Both the position numbers and the translations under genes were made by a program. From assembly GCA_033852435.1 (NCBI GenBank), contig JAWOMO010000022.1, positions 91,448 to 155,447 of the forward strand: a stretch of DNA of 64,000 bases, given 5' to 3'. Below, in pieces: positions 45,906-54,013 of this stretch. Source of the stretch: Nitrospira sp. (GTDB lineage Bacteria > Nitrospirota > Nitrospiria > Nitrospirales > Nitrospiraceae). The notes below the pieces were generated by a model. That model saw only the letters and a list, made by a program, of their open reading frames with translations. It was not told the DNA's origin and did no database searches. Positions within the stretch are counted from its first letter, which is position 1; each line of letters begins with the position of its first letter.

Positions 45906-46610
45906 ATGAGATCACTGGCGCTCCTCAACGATCGAATCATCTCTTGTACCGCTTGCCCTCGCCTTGTCACCTACCGGCAGACGGTCGCGGAAGAAAAGCG
46001 GAGGCAGTTTCGAGACTGGACTTATTGGGGACGGCCGATTCCCGGCTTCGGAGACGCCGACGCGCGCCTGTACGTGCTGGGACTGGCACCGGCCGCTCAT
46101 GGCGGGAACCGAACGGGCCGCATCTTTACCGGAGACCGAAGCGGAGACTGGTTGTATGAAGCGCTGCATCGCCACGGCTTTGCGAATCAACCGACATCGC
46201 AGCACAAAGACGATGGCCTCGCACTATCGGATTGCTACATCGGGGCCACGGTGCGATGCGCCCCGCCCGGAAACAAACCGGCACCTGAAGAGTTCGAGGC
46301 CTGTCGCCCCTACGTCAAAGAAGAATTGCGGTTGCTACGAAACGTTCGGGTCGTCGTGGCGCTCGGCAAGATCGCGTTCGATCACTACCTCAAAGCCAGT
46401 CGTGAAGCTGGTTATCCGCTTCCTTCCCCACTCCCGACGTTCGGCCACGGAGTGGTCTACGAACTGCCCTGGAATGTGACGCTCATCGGGTCCTACCATC
46501 CAAGCCAACAGAACACCTTTACCGGCAAACTTACCAGGCCGATGTTCCACAAAGTCTTCAGCATGGCCCGGCGCCGGCTCTCCGGTCTGCGATCGATAAC
46601 GACCCGCTAA
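45906..46610 (+). CDS. Uracil-DNA glycosylase, family 5 (UdgB-like)
   Basis: It has CTACPRLV, GLAPAAHGGNRTGR (family-5 type motif A) and HPSQQN. ATG 45906 is the likely start; 45837 is an alternative. Confidence 0.8.
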   Translation: MRSLALLNDRIISCTACPRLVTYRQTVAEEKRRQFRDWTYWGRPIPGFGDADARLYVLGLAPAAHGGNRTGRIFTGDRSGDWLYEALHRHGFANQPTSQHKDDGLALSDCYIGATVRCAPPGNKPAPEEFEACRPYVKEELRLLRNVRVVVALGKIAFDHYLKASREAGYPLPSPLPTFGHGVVYELPWNVTLIGSYHPSQQNTFTGKLTRPMFHKVFSMARRRLSGLRSITTR

Positions 46611-46616
46611 ACCGCC

Positions 46617-47264
46617 TTATTTCCGGTTCTGCGACTCCCAATCCGCGAGGAACTTTTTCAGCCCTAGATCGGTGAGCGGATGTTTCACGAGCTGTTGGAA
46701 GATGGCGAACGGCATCGTACAAATGTGCCCGCCGGCCAATGCCGCTTCGACCACGTGCTGAGGATGCCGCACGCTCGCGACAAGCACATAGGTCTTGAAG
46801 TCGTAGTTCTTGTAGATCGTGACGATCTGGCGGATGAGTTCCATCCCGTTTGAGCTGATATCGTCCAGCCGACCGATGAAGGGTGAGACACACCACGCCC
46901 CGGCTTTCGCGGCGAGTAGCGCCTGCGTCGGCGAAAAGCAGAGCGTGACGTTCACCCTGATCCCTTCGGCAGCCAGCCGTTTCGTCGCCTTGAGGCCTTC
47001 GGCGATGAGCGGAACTTTGACGACGATGTTCTTGTGAATCTTCGCGAGTTCCCTCCCCTCTTTGACCATCGCATCGGCTTCGATGCTGACGACCTCTGCA
47101 CTGATGGGCCCGTCGACGATATTGCAAATCTCGACGAGCACTTCGCGAAACACTCGCCCTTCCTTGGCAACCAGGGAGGGATTGGTCGTGACCCCGTCCA
47201 GTAATCCAAGGCTCGCCGCTTCCTGAATCTCTTTCACGCTTGCGGTATCAAGGAAGAACTTCAT
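46617..47264 (-). CDS. tal: Fructose-6-phosphate aldolase / short transaldolase
   Basis: It has [18 protein letters not shown] (Schiff-base Lys region) and a length of ~215 aa. Confidence 0.9.
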   Translation of the reverse strand: MKFFLDTASVKEIQEAASLGLLDGVTTNPSLVAKEGRVFREVLVEICNIVDGPISAEVVSIEADAMVKEGRELAKIHKNIVVKVPLIAEGLKATKRLAAEGIRVNVTLCFSPTQALLAAKAGAWCVSPFIGRLDDISSNGMELIRQIVTIYKNYDFKTYVLVASVRHPQHVVEAALAGGHICTMPFAIFQQLVKHPLTDLGLKKFLADWESQNRK

Positions 47265-47373
47265 GGTCATTTCCTTTCATGTGCGCGACATGGTCGGTCG
47301 ATTGTTCGCCAAGCATAAATACATTCTAGGAAGAACGGAGCGTTGATGCAAACGAATCTCTGTTGAGTTCTGT

Positions 47374-47402
47374 TTGACACACTTTTGGCTGCCGGTTAGA
47401 AT
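47374..47402 (+). promoter_or_regulatory. Near-consensus sigma-70 promoter
   Basis: TTGACA (47374-47379) - 17 nt - TAGAAT (47397-47402) lies ~70 nt upstream of ATG 47472, which has a GAGGAG Shine-Dalgarno sequence. Confidence 0.65.
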
Positions 47403-47471
47403 CATTTCGTCAACGCAGTAGGGTCTTGTACGTTGAGTTCTCTGTGGGCATGCTGATCGAGGAGACGCACC

Positions 47472-47783
47472 ATGCAACGAGCTTTATGGCTGTTCGTCGG
47501 TTCTCTCATGTTCACCGCCTGTGGCGGGAGCAACCCCTATCTTGAACAATCATTGAAGCCGGCTGAATTGCAGGGTAAAGACAAGGCCTGGTTCGAAAAG
47601 AACTGGGGTTCTCCAAGCGGCAAGGCTCCCAGATTTTTCGGTGGTGAGACCTGGACGTATTACCGGATCGCCGGAGGAAAATCCGGTCCTCCTCTATTCA
47701 ATTTCACCCCCAATCAGTGCGAAATCACGTTGAAGTTCGATAAGGAAGAAAAGCTCTCCGACTATAGCTACTCCGGCTGCTAA
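47472..47783 (+). CDS. Small lipoprotein, hypothetical
   Basis: It has a signal peptide with the lipobox MFTACG and is 103 aa. Confidence 0.6.
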   Translation: MQRALWLFVGSLMFTACGGSNPYLEQSLKPAELQGKDKAWFEKNWGSPSGKAPRFFGGETWTYYRIAGGKSGPPLFNFTPNQCEITLKFDKEEKLSDYSYSGC

Positions 47784-48058
47784 CCCGTCATCTGTTTCTG
47801 GAACGTGGTGGCGCAACCGCGGCTACAGAAGCAATAGATCTGGCCGCCGATCACCTCCGTGACTGCTAATCCCCTCGGAACAAAGACGTGGCAGACAGGA
47901 TCCTGAACCATCTGGTCCTTGTCGACCGGAAGTCTATCCGTACCTGCTTTCGCCCGAAACTCCCTCAGGGCGCTTCGAATCAGAAAGTACAGCACGATAA
48001 GCAGGATGAGGATGAAGATGATTCTATACATAGTAGGGCGGATGCCTTGGTGCCACAA
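47780..48058 (-). CDS. Membrane-anchored YHS/TRASH-domain protein
   Basis: It has an N-terminal TM helix, then DPVCHVFVPRGLAVTEVIGGQIYCFCSRGC (YHS/TRASH metal-binding pattern). Confidence 0.7.
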   Translation of the reverse strand: MWHQGIRPTMYRIIFILILLIVLYFLIRSALREFRAKAGTDRLPVDKDQMVQDPVCHVFVPRGLAVTEVIGGQIYCFCSRGCATTFQKQMTG

Positions 48059-48246
48059 TCCTATGGGAGAGGGAGGCGTTAGTCAAGAATCTGCCGGTCA
48101 GGTTTTTCTGAAAAACCAAAGGGTTTGTTGTGTTTTTACCTAGCTCCAATGGCCTAGGCTGGTCCGATTTCCCAGGTCTTAATCGCCTGAATAGGCCAGT
48201 ACTTCTGATGGATATGCATACATTTCGGAGAGTGTTAGAGTGTGCC

Positions 48247-48400
48247 CATGAAGACATGCGATAAATGCCGCGGAACAATGTTACCGGAACGGGCAGTGGA
48301 TTTGGATGCCGGGCTCGCGATCATGGTGTTTGCCTGTTTGAACTGTGGTCGGCGCAAAGCAGCGGATCAGGAACCTCGTCCCCTTACGGCCAGACATTGA
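48247..48400 (+). pseudogene. Small zinc-ribbon ORF apparently disrupted by a +1 T in a T4 run
   Basis: The ATG is preceded by AGAGGTG. The ORF reads MKTCDKCRGTMLPERAVD, then GATTTTGG. Removing one T gives LDAGLAIMVFACLNCGRRKAADQEPRPLTARH*, which restores a second CxxC. As written, the frame yields a Ser/Gly-rich tail ending at TGA 48406-48408. It is below the 60-aa track cutoff. Confidence 0.35.
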
Positions 48401-48404
48401 CGCG

Positions 48405-48599
48405 ATGACAGAACTCAAACCGCTCACGTACGATGAGCATAAGGCTGCCGAGGCGGCCTTTCGTGGCTCCCCGCCTGATCCCGATTGGACGGACGCCGCG
48501 CAGTTGATCTATGTGAAGCTTTCGAAGGCGGTCGCTGATCGCGCAGCCCATGGGGCTCGCCTATCTGTCGATCATCCACTAGCAGCCGCCCTCCGTTAA
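48405..48599 (+). CDS. Small hypothetical protein (64 aa)
   Basis: The ATG lies 4 nt after the restored stop of the preceding ORF. The product is MTELKPLTYDEHKAAEAAFRGSPPDPDW.... The track lists a longer GTG-initiated version, 48345..48599. Confidence 0.4.
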   Translation: MTELKPLTYDEHKAAEAAFRGSPPDPDWTDAAQLIYVKLSKAVADRAAHGARLSVDHPLAAALR

Positions 48600-48606
48600 T
48601 CGCATT

Positions 48607-48765
48607 ATGCGGCCTCCCGTCCATAAACTCTCGCGGGTTCCGGAAACGGCCCTTCTCAACTGCCCCTCCTGCTACCGCATGATCAGCTACAGTCCTCAGC
48701 AAGTAACGATCGCTTGCACATGGTGCGGCGTCGCCATGAAACAGTTCACACGTAAGGCGCGGTAA
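48607..48765 (+). CDS. Small zinc-ribbon protein (52 aa), not in the ORF track
   Basis: My own translation is MRPPVHKLSRVPETALLNCPSCYRMISYSPQQVTIACTWCGVAMKQFTRKAR*. It has CxxC-17-CxxC. It starts 7 nt after the preceding stop. Confidence 0.45.
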   Translation: MRPPVHKLSRVPETALLNCPSCYRMISYSPQQVTIACTWCGVAMKQFTRKAR

Positions 48766-48842
48766 CGTCTTCGCGTTCGCGCACCACTATTTTGCGTTGA
48801 ATTTGAAGAAATCGCCGAGTGGAACGGCGCGGTGTACTGCCG

Positions 48843-49646
48843 TTACTTAAGGCCTAGCACATCCATCATGTCGTACAGCCCAGGCGGCTGCCTGACGACC
48901 CATCGTGCCGCCCGCAACGCACCACGCGCGAAGGTGTCGCGACTGCTGGCCCGATGAGTCACTTCGATCCGTTCTCCCATCCCGCCGAACAGAATGGTGT
49001 GGTCGCCGACAATATCCCCGGCACGAATCGTTTGAATCCCAATCTCCTGTTTCTTTCGTTCTCCAATCAGACCTTTTCGCGCGTAGACCCCGACTTGATT
49101 GAGATCTCGATTCACAGCCCTGGCCAATACCTCCGCGATCTTGAGAGCCGTCCCGCTCGGCGCATCTTTTTTCAGCCGGTGGTGTGCCTCAATAACCTCA
49201 ATGTCGTACTCGTCCCCCAATGTCCTGGCCATCTCGCTAATGACCTTGTAAATCAGGTTTACGCCCACGCTCATGTTGGGAGAAAAGACGCAAGGCACTT
49301 GCCGGGCTAGCGATTTCAGCTCTTCGAGTTCCGCCGCGGCGAAACCCGTCGTTCCGATCACCATGGCGCGCCGGTGCTGCGCCACCACCCGTAGATGATT
49401 CAGAGTCGCTTCCGGAGAGGAAAAATCAATAACGACTTCTCCCCGTTCCAGGAGCGTCGAAAGATCCTCCGTTATCGGGACGCCGGCCTTGCCACAGCCC
49501 GCCGTCTCGCCGGCATCCTCACCCAACGCATGGTGGCCCTTGCCCTCGATCGCGCCCGCCAATGTGAGGGCGGTGGAATCCTTGATCAAGGCGACCAACC
49601 GGCTGCCCATTCGACCCGCAGCACCAGCGACAATAACTTTGATCAT
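48843..49646 (-). CDS. dapB: 4-hydroxy-tetrahydrodipicolinate reductase
   Basis: It has IKVIVAGAAGRMG, EAHHRLKKDAPSGTA and a length of 267 aa. It lies downstream of dapA. Confidence 0.95.
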   Translation of the reverse strand: MIKVIVAGAAGRMGSRLVALIKDSTALTLAGAIEGKGHHALGEDAGETAGCGKAGVPITEDLSTLLERGEVVIDFSSPEATLNHLRVVAQHRRAMVIGTTGFAAAELEELKSLARQVPCVFSPNMSVGVNLIYKVISEMARTLGDEYDIEVIEAHHRLKKDAPSGTALKIAEVLARAVNRDLNQVGVYARKGLIGERKKQEIGIQTIRAGDIVGDHTILFGGMGERIEVTHRASSRDTFARGALRAARWVVRQPPGLYDMMDVLGLK

Positions 49647-49670
49647 GCAGAACCGCTCGCTTCCGATCGA

Positions 49671-50543
49671 CTAGATCAGCTTCATGTCCTTCAGCACGCG
49701 CGTTAACTGGGCTTTCGTGTCGGCCCCCATCGCACAGAGTGGCAGCCGCAACTCCGGATCGATTTTCCCCATCATGCCCAAGGCTTCCTTCACCGGGATG
49801 GGGTTCGTTTCATAGAACAGCGCCGCGAAAAGGGGCGACAACATGAAGTGCAGCTTGCGCGATTCCTCGACCCGACCTGTCAAAAACGTACTGACCAACT
49901 GCGCCATCTCCTTCGGAACCAGATTCGCCGCCACTGTGATGACCCCTTTTGCCCCGACCGCCATCATAGGGAGGGTCAATGCGTCATCACCGGCCAGGAC
50001 CGTTATCCGCTCACCGCAGATCTGTGCAATTTCCGACGCTTGCTGGACCGAACCGCTTCCTTCCTTAATGCCCACGATGTTCTTCATACCGCACAATCGC
50101 GCGACGGTCGCGGGCAACATATTTACGCCGGTCCGGCCGGGAATATTATAGAGGATCTGCGGAATCTCGACGGACTCCGCGACCGCCTTGTAATGTCGAT
50201 ACAGCCCTTCTTGGGTCGGCTTATTGTAATAGGGCGTGATCAGCAGCGCCCCGTCCGCACCGGCCTCTTTGGCATGCCTGGTCAATGAGATAGCTTCGTC
50301 GGTGCTGTTGGAGCCCGTCCCGGCAATGACCGGGACACGTCTCCTGGCGACTTCGACGGCCAGCTTGACCACGCGATGATGTTCCTCGTGCGTCAGGGTT
50401 GCCGATTCACCAGTGGTGCCGCAGGGGACAATCCCATTCGTTCCATTGGCAATCTGCCATTCGATCAAATCGCCAAAAGCCCGCTCATCAAGCTGGCCCT
50501 TCCTGAACGGCGTGACGATGGCAACCAACGACCCAGTAAACAT
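49671..50543 (-). CDS. dapA: 4-hydroxy-tetrahydrodipicolinate synthase
   Basis: It has GTTGESATLT, YNIPGRTG, and the IVGIKEGSG Schiff-base Lys region. Confidence 0.95.
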   Translation of the reverse strand: MFTGSLVAIVTPFRKGQLDERAFGDLIEWQIANGTNGIVPCGTTGESATLTHEEHHRVVKLAVEVARRRVPVIAGTGSNSTDEAISLTRHAKEAGADGALLITPYYNKPTQEGLYRHYKAVAESVEIPQILYNIPGRTGVNMLPATVARLCGMKNIVGIKEGSGSVQQASEIAQICGERITVLAGDDALTLPMMAVGAKGVITVAANLVPKEMAQLVSTFLTGRVEESRKLHFMLSPLFAALFYETNPIPVKEALGMMGKIDPELRLPLCAMGADTKAQLTRVLKDMKLI

Positions 50544-50560
50544 GGGAACTCCTTTACCGA

Positions 50561-51823
50561 CTACTCGAGAAATGCGGGAACCGTTTCACCTCTAACCAGA
50601 TCTTCGTAAGTTTCTCGCGCCTTGATGATATGGATCTCGCCGTCTTTGATCAGCACCTCAGGCACCCGCGGCCGCGAGTTGTAGTTGGACGCCATGACAA
50701 ACCCGTAGGCTCCCGCGCTCATGACGGCAAGCAGATCGCCGGGCCTGACCTCCGGGAGCGTGCGATCTTTCGCCAGGAAGTCGCCGGACTCACAGACCGG
50801 CCCGACTACATCGACCGAGTGTCTGGGGCGCTGCAACAGGGATTCGAAGACGGGACGGATCTCGTGATAGGCGCTGTAGAGGCTCGGCCTGATCAAGTCG
50901 TTCATCGCAGCATCCACGATAATGAACCGCTTCGCTTCGCCGACCTTTTCGTAGAGCGCTTTGGTCACGAGGATGCCCGCATTCCCCACGATTACGCGTC
51001 CCGGCTCCATCACCAGCGTGAGTTTCAAGTCCCGCACGAGCGGTGAAATGGCGTCGGACAGATCTTGCGGCAATGGCGGCTTCTCGTCGCTGTAGGTGAT
51101 CCCGAGCCCGCCTCCGATGTTCAGATATTGAATGTTGATGCCCTGCTCCTTCAGTGCCCCTATCAGCGTAATCACCTTCTTTAAGGATTCAACGAAGGGC
51201 GTGACCTCTGTCAGTTGCGATCCGATATGCGCATGCACGCCGACGACCTCGATATGCCCGAGTGAGGACGCCAGCTTGAACTCCTCCAAGGCGCGATCGG
51301 CGGCGATCCCGAACTTGCTCTTCTTCAAGCCGGTCGAGATGTAGGGATGCGTCTTGGGATCGATGTCGGGATTGATCCGCAATGCCACGCGGGCTTTCTT
51401 TCCGACCGAAGCGGCCACATCGTTGATCGCGTGAATCTCCGCCGACGACTCGACGTTGAACATGAGGATGTCCGCCTTCAGCGCGTCACGAATCTCCTCC
51501 GCATTCTTACCGACGCCGGCGAACACGATTTTGGAGGAGGGCACACCGGCCTTCAGCGCACGAAACAATTCACCGCCGGACACGATATCGACGCCGCTTC
51601 CTTCCTTCGCCATAAGACGAAGGATCGCCAGATTCGAATTGGCTTTCATCGCAAACGCGATGATGTGCGGGATGTTCTTAAACGCGCTGTCGTACGCGCG
51701 GAAATGCCTGGTCAACGTGGCGTGACTATAGATGTAGCAGGGCGTGCCAACTTCTTTGGCAATCCGGCTGACGGGCACCTGTTCACAATAGAGCTCGCCC
51801 TGGCGATATTCGAAATTATGCAT
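50561..51823 (-). CDS. lysA: Diaminopimelate decarboxylase
   Basis: It has AFAMKANSN (PLP Lys), GGGLGI, CESGD, EPGR and a length of 420 aa. Confidence 0.95.
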   Translation of the reverse strand: MHNFEYRQGELYCEQVPVSRIAKEVGTPCYIYSHATLTRHFRAYDSAFKNIPHIIAFAMKANSNLAILRLMAKEGSGVDIVSGGELFRALKAGVPSSKIVFAGVGKNAEEIRDALKADILMFNVESSAEIHAINDVAASVGKKARVALRINPDIDPKTHPYISTGLKKSKFGIAADRALEEFKLASSLGHIEVVGVHAHIGSQLTEVTPFVESLKKVITLIGALKEQGINIQYLNIGGGLGITYSDEKPPLPQDLSDAISPLVRDLKLTLVMEPGRVIVGNAGILVTKALYEKVGEAKRFIIVDAAMNDLIRPSLYSAYHEIRPVFESLLQRPRHSVDVVGPVCESGDFLAKDRTLPEVRPGDLLAVMSAGAYGFVMASNYNSRPRVPEVLIKDGEIHIIKARETYEDLVRGETVPAFLE

Positions 51824-53726
51824 CCTGAAAATCCTCGCTCAGCATTTCGAGACCCGCAAGGGAGAAGCCTTGCAGCGAGGTCTCGAAGGCGTCCTTGAAC
51901 TTGCGATAGCGCACCTTGACGTGCGGCACAGCGGCCTTGATGGCCTCCGAATCGATCAAGGCCTTCAGCGCATCTGGCGCTGCCAGTTTCAGGTGCTCGA
52001 AATTGACGATGACGTCCAATTTCGCGTTCTCGGCCGCCTCTTTGATCCGCTTGATGAGTTCCTGAACATTCAGCCGGTCCAGCGCACCCTCGAGATCGAC
52101 AAAGAGGGCGGCGAACTTATCATGCCGTTTGGCTTTGATGTTCAGGGTGAGATTTTCTGTCGACAGCGTCTTCGGGTCTAAGCGTTGCTTCAAGGCATGC
52201 AACGCACTGGGAATGAGTTGATCCCTGTCCAACACAGGGAGCTTGGCTTGCAGATTTTTCAGCACAGTCGCCAAGGGGGAAAGGGTTCCCTTGGGACAGC
52301 TCCGCTTAACCAATTTTCTGAATTCCCGGTTCATTTCCCATCGGGCCACCAACCGCTGCTTGGTGCCGGAAAGCCGATACCAGATGTTGGGCAACGAATA
52401 GAATTGATGGTTGGCCCAATGGAATCCCTCTTGTAGCTGTTCCGGCGTCATGCGACTCGGCTGAAACACAACGTGTTTGCCGTCGTACTTCGACCAATCC
52501 TTGTCGAAGATCCGGCCGGCGTTGTTATAGCGGTCGAAGAGCGCGGTTCCCGGCAACGGCGTGAGAACGTTGAAGTAGGCCAACTCCACTTGATTTTTGG
52601 TCAAAAAATCAACGGCACGTTCAAACACCGCTTCGTCGTCGTTGTCGAACCCGAACACTATGCCAGGATTCACCATGATCCCGTAATCGTGGAACATTTT
52701 GATCTCTTGGGCAAACTTTTTGACGCGGTTGAACGGCTTATTGGTTTCATCGAGGCAGTCTTCATCCAACGATTCCATCCCGACGAATACGGAGACGCAG
52801 CCACTCTCCGCCGCTAACTTGACCATCTCCTCATCATCCGCCAGAAACAACGTCGACTGGCAGCCCCATTTGAGCTTGAGCGGCTTCAATGCCGTCCAGA
52901 GCTCGCGGCAATAGGCGCGGTTGCTGTTGTGCAGGTCGTCGACAAACGCCACGATGCTGCCGTCTTCAATGCCAACTCGAATGCGGAGACTCAGGATGAA
53001 GGCCTTCCAGAGCGGTTCGTCTCGAATACGCTCAACCAATTCGCTGCGAATCCAACGTTGCACGTTCTGGAGTTCCGTGACGACTTCCTCCACCGGCCTG
53101 CGCCGTGTGGTCTTGCCATTGAAGGGCGACACGCTGCAAAACTCACAATCGAAGTGACAACCCCTGGTCGTAAAACTGCATTGCCTCGTCATATAGGCAT
53201 CGGGGCTCAGCAATTCGACGCGCGGGCTCTTGTAATTCTCCAACGCCGGAAACGACGTCATTTTGTACATCCGCTGCATTTGACCCGCCTCGTAGTCTGC
53301 GACTAGTTGCGGCCACAAATCTTCTGCCTCGCCGCATACAATCGCGTCCGCATACTGTAAGGCTTCGTCCGGGCAGTAAGTGGGGTGGACGCCGCCCATC
53401 ACAACGGTTTTCCCTCGCTTGCGAAACTCCTTGGCGATCTCATAGGCGCGGGGCGCATAACAGGTCATGATCGAAAGGCCGACCATATCGCAGGGATAGT
53501 CGAAATCGATGTCCTGCACCGCTTCGTCGACCAAATCGACGGTCCAATGCTCCGGCGTATAGGCGGCGATCGTCGGGAGGCTCAACTTCGGGAACCAGAC
53601 CGCCCGTCGCTCCGACGCCGTCAGGTGGTACTGGCTGTTGCGAGGATAGGGATCCACCAGCAGCAACCGTTTGCCCGCGGTCTGCCGGGGCAAATGGCCT
53701 TGTCGCATTGGTTGAATCAGTTGCAT
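51816..53726 (-). CDS. B12-binding-domain radical SAM protein (DUF4070-type) with a STAS-like C-terminal extension
   Basis: It has an N-terminal cobalamin-binding-like Rossmann region (LLLVDPYP...VGLSIMTCYAPRAYEIAKEFRKRGKTVVMGGVHPT) and RGCHFDCEFCS (CxxxCxxC). The region FNVLTPLPGTALF...DWSKYDG is DUF4070-like. The last ~140 aa (FVDLEGALDRLNVQELIKRIKEAAENAKLDVIVNFEHLKLAAPDALKALI) resemble an anti-sigma-antagonist/STAS fold. It overlaps lysA by 8 nt. Confidence 0.8.
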   Translation of the reverse strand: MQLIQPMRQGHLPRQTAGKRLLLVDPYPRNSQYHLTASERRAVWFPKLSLPTIAAYTPEHWTVDLVDEAVQDIDFDYPCDMVGLSIMTCYAPRAYEIAKEFRKRGKTVVMGGVHPTYCPDEALQYADAIVCGEAEDLWPQLVADYEAGQMQRMYKMTSFPALENYKSPRVELLSPDAYMTRQCSFTTRGCHFDCEFCSVSPFNGKTTRRRPVEEVVTELQNVQRWIRSELVERIRDEPLWKAFILSLRIRVGIEDGSIVAFVDDLHNSNRAYCRELWTALKPLKLKWGCQSTLFLADDEEMVKLAAESGCVSVFVGMESLDEDCLDETNKPFNRVKKFAQEIKMFHDYGIMVNPGIVFGFDNDDEAVFERAVDFLTKNQVELAYFNVLTPLPGTALFDRYNNAGRIFDKDWSKYDGKHVVFQPSRMTPEQLQEGFHWANHQFYSLPNIWYRLSGTKQRLVARWEMNREFRKLVKRSCPKGTLSPLATVLKNLQAKLPVLDRDQLIPSALHALKQRLDPKTLSTENLTLNIKAKRHDKFAALFVDLEGALDRLNVQELIKRIKEAAENAKLDVIVNFEHLKLAAPDALKALIDSEAIKAAVPHVKVRYRKFKDAFETSLQGFSLAGLEMLSEDFQDA

Positions 53727-53785
53727 CAGTCCCTCCTCCAGTTCAACATCGGTGCAAGATGAATAGTCATAACATTTTCCCGCGC

Positions 53786-54013
53786 TCAGCGCGTACCGAA
53801 CGGTCGTACCGGCGGCAAAACCACATCTTGGCCCTGCGGTTCACTTGCCGCCTGCGATTCAGCCGCTTCACGTTGTTGCGCTTCGAGCGCATCACGCCTC
53901 TTCTGAAACTCGACCGTCCGGGACACTCCAACATCTTCGGGAGCCATCGGCGGCCCCACAACTCCGCAGGCTGCCACCAGCCCCAGAACCAACACGACCG
54001 CCAGACTTCTCAC
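53786..54013 (-). CDS. Small lipoprotein, LptM/YifL-like
   Basis: The lipobox LVAACG is followed by VVGPPMAP (compare the CG.KGPL..P pattern of LptM/YifL, which sits next to dap/lys genes in proteobacteria). It is 75 aa and overlaps the argH stop by 4 nt. Confidence 0.6.
   Translation of the reverse strand: MRSLAVVLVLGLVAACGVVGPPMAPEDVGVSRTVEFQKRRDALEAQQREAAESQAASEPQGQDVVLPPVRPFGTR

Noticed and set aside
46558-47127. A 189-aa minus-strand ORF overlapping tal in another frame (also 16704..17186 opposite the zinc-ribbon gene, and 60509..60835 upstream of gpmA)
   Set aside because: These are alternative-frame or antisense products with an extreme Arg/Gly/His content. The overlapping calls have clear motifs or better context.
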